From the NCBI GenBank assembly GCA_964476505.1, contig CAYZAW010000001.1:58814-122813 (forward strand): a stretch of DNA of 64,000 bases, read 5' to 3'. Positions 56,965 through 64,000 of the stretch are shown piece after piece. Every line of letters begins with the position of its first letter. Within the stretch, counting starts at the first letter, position 1. The notes below the pieces were generated by a model. That model saw only the letters and a list, made by a program, of their open reading frames with translations, was not told the origin of the DNA and searched no databases. The stretch comes from an uncultured Oscillospiraceae bacterium. Its GTDB lineage: Bacteria > Bacillota > Clostridia > Christensenellales > CAG-138. The translations under genes and the position numbers were made by a program.

Positions 56965-59004
56965 TTATTGCTGTGCTTGCGGTTCTAAAACGCCCGCTTC
57001 GCCGCCCTCTGCGTTTGTTGGCGCGGCGGCTTCCTTGGCTTCTTTTTTCATGGTGGCTACGATGTCTAATAAATACGTTGCGCGAAAGCGTGTGCGCCCC
57101 AAGTCGTCCGTATCGTACCGGCACAGGTAAAACACGCCGTTTTCTCCGGCACAGAACAAGTCCGGCGCACAAAGGTCGATCAGCTTTGTGCTGGCCTTGG
57201 TGGCAACGTTGTATTCCCAAAGGGTATAGGGGTAAGGGTCTTCCTCCGTTACCGGCGCTTCCTCTGTTGCGGGCGCTTCCTCCGGCTCCGCCGCAGGATC
57301 GTCCGAGGCGGCATCGTCGGTTGCGTCAGCGGGTGCGTCGCCCTCGTCTCCGGATGTGTTTTCCTCCGTTTGCCCGCCGGTGACCCGGCTTTCGATGTAA
57401 TACAGCTTTGTGCAGTCCTGTGACCACAGTACGTCGTAGGGGTAGAATTCCGAGGTCACAGTGCTTCTCTCGCCCGTTGCAAGCTCCAATAGGTCCAAGG
57501 AATAGGCGGAGCCTGCGGTCTGCCCGCTTTCTGCCGAGGTGATGATGGCCATGTACCGGTCGTCATGGGAAACGAAGAAGGCGCTACCATTGGTAAAGGG
57601 CTTTCGTACGCCGCCCTCCGGCTTGATGCGGTAAATGGAGGAGCCCTCCTCCAAGGAGGAAACGGCAAAGTACAGCTCCCCGTCGTAATAGCCGATGGAG
57701 CCTTCCTCCACGGTATTGCGGTCGATCAGGCTGTGGCGCTTTTGCTCGTCGGGTATGGAATAATCGAACTGATGCAGCTGTATGGAGCCGGAGCCGGACA
57801 CCGCGTAGATCATATTGCCAAGGCTGTTCCAGATAAACACGCTGGTGCTGGTGCCAAAGCCCATTTCGGACAGGTCGTTCAACAGCTCGTAGGTATCCGT
57901 ATCGAACACATACAGGTGGGTGTTGCCGGAGGCATTTTCCAGCACCGCCAGCTTGCGCCCGTCGGGAGAATAGCAGGCCTGCTCGATGGCGGCAAACTCA
58001 AAGGCAGTTAATAACTGCTTGCCTGCGGCGTTTACCTGCCAAATCTGCTGATAGCCCTCTCCATCGTCCGCATCCAGCATTTTGCTGTATAAGAAGCCGC
58101 CGTCCGGCGTGTCGCAAAGGTACAGCCCGTCGGGCGCCATCACCGGCAGCAGCACCTCGTTGCCGTTCAGGCGGGCGGCGGGGGTGCTTTCGGTTTCCAA
58201 ATAATCCAAGGAACTGTCGTAAGCGGGGCGCGCCCCTGCGGGAAGCTCTACCACCTGCCACAGCTCCGGAAGAAGCGAGGGGTACTCAGAAATGCCAAGC
58301 GCCCGGAAGGCCTCGGCTTCCTCAGCCGTTTGAAAGGCGCGAGAAATAAGAAGCGGCTGCGTTCCGTTTGCCGGAAGGGTGGGGGAAATATCAAACTCCC
58401 GGGAGAACAGGCCGTTTGTGTATTCCTGATAGGCATTGCAGGTCACATGGTAATAGGTTGCCTCCTCCAAGGGTTGGGGGCGAAGGGTCACGGTTAACGT
58501 ATCCCCGTCCTCGGCAACGGTGAAAAGCGCCGGTTGATCGAGCTGGAAATAGATGCTGGTGCGTTGGTCGCCGAATATGCTTTGGCGGAAGTCGTCTTTA
58601 ACGAGCGTACTGTCGTAAGATAGGCCGTGCGAATAATCCCAATGCGCCAAAAGCGCAAACTCCACCACCAAGCGGTGGGGGTTTTCGAGAAGATACACCG
58701 TATAGGCGGGCACGCCGCAGCCGGGCGCTTCTTCCGTGCCGCCGGACATGCGGCTGCCGGTTACGAAAGAAAACGTGAGCGCGGTTTCCTCGGCCTCGCC
58801 GGATAATGCGGGAACATCCGTAACGGACAGGCTTTTTGCGTTAATGTCTCCAACGTCGGCCCCGCCCGAGATCCACTCCCCGGCGGTGTGATAACCCTCG
58901 GGCAGCGTGGGCGCGGCGACCTCCGCCTGTTTGCATCCGGCGGTAAGGAGCAAAGCAAAGCATAATATAATAAGTAAGCAGCGTTTGCCGGCTGTTTTTC
59001 TCAT
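56965..59004 (-). CDS. Hypothetical lipoprotein with a TolB-like beta-propeller region and an acidic low-complexity insert
   Basis: ORF track 56965..59037. ATG 59004 (MRKTAGKRCLLIILCFALLLTAGC). Propeller-like repeats (SPDGRKLAVLENASGNTHLYVFD, SHDDRYMAIITS). Asp/Glu/Ala/Pro-rich segment near the C-terminus. Confidence 0.7.
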   Translation of the reverse strand: MRKTAGKRCLLIILCFALLLTAGCKQAEVAAPTLPEGYHTAGEWISGGADVGDINAKSLSVTDVPALSGEAEETALTFSFVTGSRMSGGTEEAPGCGVPAYTVYLLENPHRLVVEFALLAHWDYSHGLSYDSTLVKDDFRQSIFGDQRTSIYFQLDQPALFTVAEDGDTLTVTLRPQPLEEATYYHVTCNAYQEYTNGLFSREFDISPTLPANGTQPLLISRAFQTAEEAEAFRALGISEYPSLLPELWQVVELPAGARPAYDSSLDYLETESTPAARLNGNEVLLPVMAPDGLYLCDTPDGGFLYSKMLDADDGEGYQQIWQVNAAGKQLLTAFEFAAIEQACYSPDGRKLAVLENASGNTHLYVFDTDTYELLNDLSEMGFGTSTSVFIWNSLGNMIYAVSGSGSIQLHQFDYSIPDEQKRHSLIDRNTVEEGSIGYYDGELYFAVSSLEEGSSIYRIKPEGGVRKPFTNGSAFFVSHDDRYMAIITSAESGQTAGSAYSLDLLELATGERSTVTSEFYPYDVLWSQDCTKLYYIESRVTGGQTEENTSGDEGDAPADATDDAASDDPAAEPEEAPATEEAPVTEEDPYPYTLWEYNVATKASTKLIDLCAPDLFCAGENGVFYLCRYDTDDLGRTRFRATYLLDIVATMKKEAKEAAAPTNAEGGEAGVLEPQAQQ

Positions 59005-59137
59005 GTTGCGCGTACCTCGTACTAAAGTAAATAGCATACCATTTCATAGTATATCACAAAATCCGTTTTCGTGGCGGGAATTGTTTGCTGTTGCAGGAAT
59101 TCCCTTTGATTTTCAAATTATCGTCACAAATCCCCTC

Positions 59138-59166
59138 TTGCATCCCTATAGCGAAGCGCATATACT
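59138..59166 (+). promoter_or_regulatory. Putative sigma-A promoter of the ctsR operon
   Basis: TTGCAT, 17 nt, TATACT. Confidence 0.55.
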
Positions 59167-59175
59167 AAGGCCATA

Positions 59176-59192
59176 GGTCAAAGAAAGTCAAA
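59176..59192 (+). promoter_or_regulatory. CtsR operator (heptad direct repeat)
   Basis: GGTCAAA-gaa-AGTCAAA matches the published CtsR box (A/GGTCAAA-NAN-A/GGTCAAA). It lies 9 nt downstream of the -10 and 32 nt upstream of ctsR. Confidence 0.8.
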
Positions 59193-59223
59193 GACCAAAA
59201 ACGGAAGGGAGGGCGACGGAACA

Positions 59224-59685
59224 ATGTCGGTATTGTCAGACAGCATCGAGCTGTTCATCAAGGAGATGATGGGGCAGTCGGACGAGGTATCGCTTCAGCG
59301 AAACGAGCTGGCGCAGCACTTCTCCTGTGCGCCCTCGCAGATCAACTATGTGCTTTCTACCCGCTTTGACGTGGATCACGGGTATGTGATCGTATCCCGC
59401 AGGGGCGGCGGCGGCTGCATCCGGGTGATGCGGGTGGATCTGGAGGACAACGACCTGCTGTACGAGCTGGTGAAGAACCGCATTGGCGGCAGCATTACAA
59501 AACGCGAGGCGCTTGCCATCATCAGCCGCTTGGAGGCGGACGAAACGGTAACAAGCCGTGAGGCGGCGCTGATGCAAGCGGCGGTGTCCGGCTGTGCGCT
59601 TCCTACGGAGGAGCTTTCGGCGGCAGCCCGGGCGAATGTGTTAAAAACGATGTTATTGGCGTTATTGAACGGCAATCGGAGGTGA
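59224..59685 (+). CDS. ctsR: Class III stress gene repressor CtsR
   Basis: 153 aa. SDSIELFIKEMM...LQRNELAQHFSCAPSQINYVLSTRF...GYVIVSRRGGGGCIRV. Confidence 0.93.
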   Translation: MSVLSDSIELFIKEMMGQSDEVSLQRNELAQHFSCAPSQINYVLSTRFDVDHGYVIVSRRGGGGCIRVMRVDLEDNDLLYELVKNRIGGSITKREALAIISRLEADETVTSREAALMQAAVSGCALPTEELSAAARANVLKTMLLALLNGNRR

Positions 59686-59690
59686 ACGAT

Positions 59691-60119
59691 ATGTTATGTG
59701 AAATTTGCAAAACCAATCCGGCAACGATGCACAGCGTTACCATCATCAACGGGGAGCGGGAGGAGCATGCTTTTTGCGCGGAGTGCGCCGCAAAGCTGCA
59801 AGACCGCTTCGCGGATAATGGCAACTGGGACTTTATGGAGGAATTCTTCCCTTCGATGGTGAATATGCTGTTCGATTTTTACGATATGCCCCCCATGTAT
59901 GCGCTGGCAGGCGCAAGGGGAGGCTATGCACTGGGCGAGGAAACGCCGGAGCGTTATGAAAAACGGCGGGAATTAAGCCCGGCAGAAAAGCGGCAGCAGG
60001 CACTGGAGGCGCTTCGGGAGCAGTTGGCAGCGGCCGTGCATGAGGAGCGCTATGAGGACGCGGCAAAGCTCAGGGATGAAATCAGCAAAATGACCGCAAA
60101 GGCAGGTGACGGAAAATGA
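59691..60119 (+). CDS. UvrB/UvrC-motif protein, McsA-like (single CxxC...CxxC zinc ribbon + UVR domain)
   Basis: ORF track 59682..60119. ATG 59691 lies 8 nt after GGAGG. MLCEICKTNPA...FCAECAAKL, and a C-terminal EERYEDAAKLRDEI. Confidence 0.8.
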   Translation: MLCEICKTNPATMHSVTIINGEREEHAFCAECAAKLQDRFADNGNWDFMEEFFPSMVNMLFDFYDMPPMYALAGARGGYALGEETPERYEKRRELSPAEKRQQALEALREQLAAAVHEERYEDAAKLRDEISKMTAKAGDGK

Positions 60120-62560
60120 ACATTTTTGAACGATATACGGAGGGCGCAAAACGCGCCGTGGCCTTGGCGCAGGAAAGCGCCAGAGAATTAGGGCACGACT
60201 ATGTTGGCACGGAGCATCTGTTATTGGGCTTGATGCAGGTGGAGGACGGCGCGGCGTTTCGGGCGCTGACCGCCGAGGGCGTGGAGCTCTCTGCCGTGGT
60301 GCGGCAGATCGAGCGGCTGGTAGGCCGCGGGGATTACCGCTTTACGGACAGCTTTGGCTATACCCCCCGCACCAAAAAGGTGCTGGAGCTGAGCCTGTAC
60401 GAGGCAAAGACCATCGGCAACAGCTACATTGGCACCGAGCATCTTCTCTTGGCGCTTATTCGGGAGCAGGAAAGCGTTGCCGCCCGCGTATTGCAGGACT
60501 TGGGGATAGACCTTGCGGCGCTTCGCGCCAAGGTGACCAAAAGCATGAAGGGCGACGGCAGCGTGAACGCCACGGGCGGCGGGCAGGATACGCCAACGCT
60601 GGATCAGTACGGCAAGGACTTAACAAAAATGGCGCAGGACGGCGAGCTTGACCCGGTGATCGGCAGAAGCGAGGAGATCGCGCGGATCATCCAGATACTA
60701 TCCCGCCGCACCAAGAACAACCCGGTATTGATCGGCGATCCGGGCGTTGGCAAATCCGCCATCATCGAGGGCTTGGCGCAGCGCATCGTAGCGGGAGACA
60801 TCCCAGAAACGCTTCGAGGCAAGCGGGTGGTCACGCTCGATCTTTCTGGCATGCTGGCAGGCACCAAATACCGGGGGGATTTTGAAGAGCGCATCAAGGC
60901 TGCGCTGGACGAATTGAAGGCGGCTGGCAATACCGTTTTGTTTATTGACGAGCTGCATACCATCGTGGGCGCGGGCGCAACCACCGAGGGCTCCATGGAC
61001 GCTTCCAATATTTTAAAGCCCGCGCTGGCAAGAGGCGAAATTCAGGTGGTGGGCGCTACCACCATCGACGAGTACCGTAAGTACATCGAAAAGGACGCGG
61101 CGCTGGAGCGCCGGTTCCAGCCGGTAACGGTTGGGGAGCCTACCATTGAGGAAGCCAAGCAGATACTGTTTGGCCTGCGCGACCGGTACGAGGCGCACCA
61201 CAAGGCGCGTATTACGGACGAAGCCATCAACGCCGCCGTGGAGCTTTCTGATCGGTACATTTCCGACCGATACCTGCCGGACAAGGCCATCGACCTGATG
61301 GACGAGGCTGCCAGCAAGGTGCGTTTATCCGCCTATGTATCCCCGCCGGACATGAAGGAGCTGGAAGGGAAGATCGAGGCAGCGCGCAAGGAGAAGGAAG
61401 AGGCCGTTACCAACCAGAATTACGAGCGCGCGGCACTGGTGCGAGACGAGGAGCAGAAGCTCCGCAAGGAAATGGAGACCCGCCGCAGCGAATGGGAAAA
61501 CGGGCGTAAAAACAACGAGTGCGTGGTCACCGAGGAGGATGTTGCCTCCGTGGTCGGTTCGTGGACAGGCATTCCCGTGAGCAAGCTGACCCAAAGCGAA
61601 AGCGAAAAGCTGCTGCACATGGAGGACACGCTGCACAACCGCGTGATCGGGCAGGAAGAGGCGGTTTCCGCCGTATCCCGTGCCATAAGACGCGCAAGGG
61701 CGGGCTTGAAAGACCCCAAGCGGCCGATCGGCTCTTACATTTTCCTTGGCCCCACGGGCGTTGGCAAAACGGAGCTGACCCGGGCGCTGGCGGAAGCCAT
61801 GTTCGGAGACGAGAACGCCATGATCCGGCTGGATATGTCCGAATACATGGAAATGCACTCCGTTGCCAAGCTGACAGGCGCCCCTCCGGGGTATGTGGGC
61901 TACGACGAGGGCGGGCAATTAACGGAAAAGGTGCGTAAGAAGCCCTATGCCGTGATATTGTTCGACGAAATCGAAAAAGCCCACCCGGATGTGTTCAACG
62001 TTTTGCTGCAAATTCTGGAGGACGGCAGATTAACGGACAGCAAGGGCAGAATGGTAGACTTTAAAAACACCATCCTCATCATGACCTCCAACGTGGGCGC
62101 AAGCCAGCTTTCCAAGCAGAAAACCATGGGCTTTGGCGCGGAGGACGGGCAGGAAAGAACCCTTTCCTACGAGCGCATGAAGGAAACCATGATGGGCGAG
62201 CTGAAAAAGACCTTCCGTCCGGAGTTTTTGAACCGTGTGGACGAGATCATCCTGTTCCATACGCTGGAAAAGGAGCAGACGCAGGCCATCGTGAAGCTGA
62301 TGCTGGCCAGTGTTGTAAAGCGGCTGTCCGAGCGGGGCATCGAGCTTAGCGTATCCCCCGAGGCGGAGCTGTTTCTGGCGGACGCGGGCTTTGACCCCAC
62401 CTACGGCGCAAGGCCCTTGCGCCGGGCTATCCAGCACCAGGTGGAGGATACGCTCTCCGAGGAGATATTGGCAGGTCGCATTTCCCTGGGCGACCGTGTG
62501 GAAGCCACCGTGGAAAACGGCAAGCTGAAATTCGTCGCCACGAACAAACAACCCTTATAA
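60116..62560 (+). CDS. clpC: ATP-dependent Clp protease ATP-binding subunit ClpC
   Basis: 814 aa. Clp_N repeats. Walker A motifs GDPGVGKSA and GPTGVGKTE. UVR-like linker (YERAALVRDEE). The ATG overlaps the upstream stop (ATGA). Confidence 0.95.
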   Translation: MNIFERYTEGAKRAVALAQESARELGHDYVGTEHLLLGLMQVEDGAAFRALTAEGVELSAVVRQIERLVGRGDYRFTDSFGYTPRTKKVLELSLYEAKTIGNSYIGTEHLLLALIREQESVAARVLQDLGIDLAALRAKVTKSMKGDGSVNATGGGQDTPTLDQYGKDLTKMAQDGELDPVIGRSEEIARIIQILSRRTKNNPVLIGDPGVGKSAIIEGLAQRIVAGDIPETLRGKRVVTLDLSGMLAGTKYRGDFEERIKAALDELKAAGNTVLFIDELHTIVGAGATTEGSMDASNILKPALARGEIQVVGATTIDEYRKYIEKDAALERRFQPVTVGEPTIEEAKQILFGLRDRYEAHHKARITDEAINAAVELSDRYISDRYLPDKAIDLMDEAASKVRLSAYVSPPDMKELEGKIEAARKEKEEAVTNQNYERAALVRDEEQKLRKEMETRRSEWENGRKNNECVVTEEDVASVVGSWTGIPVSKLTQSESEKLLHMEDTLHNRVIGQEEAVSAVSRAIRRARAGLKDPKRPIGSYIFLGPTGVGKTELTRALAEAMFGDENAMIRLDMSEYMEMHSVAKLTGAPPGYVGYDEGGQLTEKVRKKPYAVILFDEIEKAHPDVFNVLLQILEDGRLTDSKGRMVDFKNTILIMTSNVGASQLSKQKTMGFGAEDGQERTLSYERMKETMMGELKKTFRPEFLNRVDEIILFHTLEKEQTQAIVKLMLASVVKRLSERGIELSVSPEAELFLADAGFDPTYGARPLRRAIQHQVEDTLSEEILAGRISLGDRVEATVENGKLKFVATNKQPL

Positions 62561-62577
62561 CGAAAAAACGCATGAAA

Positions 62578-62612
62578 GCATCCTTTCGCGGCAAGCGGAG
62601 GGATGCTTTTTT
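62578..62612 (+). terminator. Rho-independent terminator after clpC
   Basis: GCATCCTTTCGC-ggcaa-GCGGAGGGATGC (12 bp including 2 G-U pairs) followed by TTTTTT. Confidence 0.8.
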
Positions 62613-62663
62613 CATATTATAAATCATTTTTGCGCACACTAGCAAAAAACGCGAGGTGGTTTT

Positions 62664-62831
62664 ATGGTAAAACGGCAGATCATACTGGGCTTATTGATGC
62701 TTGCGCTGGCAATCGCCATTGTTTGCGGCATACTGTATCTAACGGGCGGTAAAAACAAAAACGCCTTCAAGGGCGCACAGCTGGTAACGGCGAGGGAGGC
62801 ATGCTATGGATCAACTGTGTACCCTGCATAA
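62664..62831 (+). CDS. Hypothetical small membrane protein (55 aa, below the ORF-track cutoff)
   Basis: Hand-translated: MVKRQIILGLLMLALAIAIVCGILYLTGGKNKNAFKGAQLVTAREACYGSTVYPA. The ATG lies 4-5 nt after GAGGTGG. Confidence 0.45.
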   Translation: MVKRQIILGLLMLALAIAIVCGILYLTGGKNKNAFKGAQLVTAREACYGSTVYPA

Positions 62832-62964
62832 CGCCATTCCGCAGGCGGACTGCGTATCAAATGCAGGCTGCGGTGTGCCGGGAGAGCGTGAAACACGCTT
62901 CCGCACGTATACGGAAAAGCAGCGACTGAGTCATAAGGAGGATGCGCAAAATGTCAAAGAATAG
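62806..62964 (+). CDS. Hypothetical small Cys-containing protein (52 aa) overlapping both neighbours
   Basis: Hand-translated: MDQLCTLHNAIPQADCVSNAGCGVPGERETRFRTYTEKQRLSHKEDAQNVKE. The ATG lies 6 nt after GGGAGG. It overlaps 62664..62831 by 26 nt and spoVAC by 14 nt. Confidence 0.3.
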   Translation: MDQLCTLHNAIPQADCVSNAGCGVPGERETRFRTYTEKQRLSHKEDAQNVKE

Positions 62965-63421
62965 CAAAAACCAACCGCCAACCAAGCCCCGGGAGGAATA
63001 TCAGCAGCTGGTAAACGAGCGTGCGCCCAAAAGTCAAACGTTCAAAATGTGCATTCGCGCCTTTTGGGTGGGCGGGCTCATCTGCTGCATCGGTCAGCTG
63101 GTGCACGACTGCGGGCGTATGTGGTTTCCGCTGTCCGAGGAGGATCTATCCTCCTTTACCGCCATCGTAATGGTATTTTTAGGCGCAACGCTAACGGGGC
63201 TAGGCGTGTACGATAAAATAGGCAGCTACGCCGGAGCGGGCTCGGTGGTGCCCATTACCGGCTTTGCCAATTCCGTGGTGGCGCCAGCCATCGAGCACAA
63301 AAGCGAAGGGCTGATACTGGGTACGGCGGCAAAGCTGTTTTCCATTGCCGGGCCGGTGCTGGTGTACGGAATCAGCGCGTCCATCATTGTTGGGCTGTTG
63401 AGCCTGCTGCTTCCGTCATAA
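62951..63421 (+). CDS. spoVAC: Stage V sporulation protein AC
   Basis: ORF track 62942..63421. ATG 62951 lies 10 nt after AAGGAGG. FWVGGLICCIGQ...GAGSVVPITGFANSVVAPAIEHKSEGLILG. Confidence 0.88.
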   Translation: MSKNSKNQPPTKPREEYQQLVNERAPKSQTFKMCIRAFWVGGLICCIGQLVHDCGRMWFPLSEEDLSSFTAIVMVFLGATLTGLGVYDKIGSYAGAGSVVPITGFANSVVAPAIEHKSEGLILGTAAKLFSIAGPVLVYGISASIIVGLLSLLLPS

Positions 63422-63425
63422 GGGA

Positions 63426-63456
63426 ATCAAAAAACGGCTTGCGCCGTTTTTTTGAT
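63426..63456. terminator. Bidirectional terminator between convergent genes
   Basis: ATCAAAAAACGGC-ttgc-GCCGTTTTTTTGAT. Confidence 0.75.
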
Positions 63457-63465
63457 TCGCATAGA

Positions 63466-64000
63466 TCAGGACATTTTGACAATGCGGTAATACACCTTTG
63501 CCGTTAACCGGTAGATCACAAAATACATCAGCGCAAATACGATCAGCACGCCGCCGATGCAGGTAAGCACCAGCATGTAATCGTTCAGCCGGAACACCAT
63601 CAGCATTCTGGAGATGATACGGGAGGCAAACAGCATATGCAGTATGGTGATGCCAAGAGGGATAAAGAACACCCACAGCACTTGCCGGTTGATGGTTTTT
63701 TTTACTAGCGTATCGTCCATGCCAACCTGCTGCAATATCACGAACCGCTCCCTGTCCTCGCGCCCCTCGGTGATCTGCTTAAAGTAGATCAACAGAACCG
63801 TAACGGCTAAAAACAGCAGGCCGAAGAACACGCCTAAGAACAGCAGCCCGCCGTACAGCCCGTAGCCCTCCTGCCGGGCGGTAAAGATATCGCTGACCAT
63901 CACGTTGGGTATCTGCGTAAAATGATCGCCGTATGCATTGCGAATGCTGTCCACAAAGGCAAGGCAGTTTTCCTCGTCGCCTGTAACATCAAAGCGGTAG
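63466..64000 (-). CDS. ABC transporter permease, FtsX-like (BceB-type) C-terminal part. The 5' end lies outside the window.
   Basis: ORF track 63466..63954. The frame stays open to 64000 (YRFDVTGDEENCLAFVDSIRNAYG...). Four TM helices with the FtsX C-terminal pattern. Confidence 0.8.
   Translation of the reverse strand, partial: YRFDVTGDEENCLAFVDSIRNAYGDHFTQIPNVMVSDIFTARQEGYGLYGGLLFLGVFFGLLFLAVTVLLIYFKQITEGREDRERFVILQQVGMDDTLVKKTINRQVLWVFFIPLGITILHMLFASRIISRMLMVFRLNDYMLVLTCIGGVLIVFALMYFVIYRLTAKVYYRIVKMS

Overview
GC-rich (judged by eye) chromosomal segment that looks like a spore-forming Clostridia genome, possibly Oscillospiraceae/Ruminococcaceae; the taxon is a guess from gene content and synteny. 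About 60 genes, mostly core housekeeping. Recognised genes are pgk-tpiA-gpmI-secG-rnr, mnmA, rarA, an ispH/S1 fusion with plsC and cmk, surE, ridA, rluD-lspA, polA-coaE, pdp, ctsR-(mcsA-like)-clpC, yunB, spoVAC and one tRNA-Val(CAC). Between them sit a signalling cluster, several transporters and five hypothetical lipoproteins. The signalling cluster holds a hybrid histidine kinase, a REC-GGDEF-EAL-PAS/GAF giant, a membrane diguanylate cyclase and a KdpD/KdpE-like pair. The transporters are DAACS, NSS/SNF, OadGB, EamA and orphan binding proteins. I see no CRISPR array, IS element, integrase, phage module, restriction-modification or recognisable defence or toxin operon, so I cannot point to a clear novel multi-gene system. 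Four observations stand out. (1) An in-frame TAG splits an otherwise contiguous EAL domain in a signalling ORF of at least 1,560 codons. (2) A short dispersed element with conserved flanks around a hairpin of variable sequence occurs three times. Two inverted copies bracket a single lipoprotein gene, and one of them supplies the 3' end of rluD. (3) Several long, hairpin-rich non-coding leaders have no class I can assign. (4) Repeats that copy part of the tRNA-Val 3' end lie next to that tRNA. All coordinates for starts, hairpins and repeats were counted by hand and may be off by 1-2 nt. No database search or folding calculation was possible.
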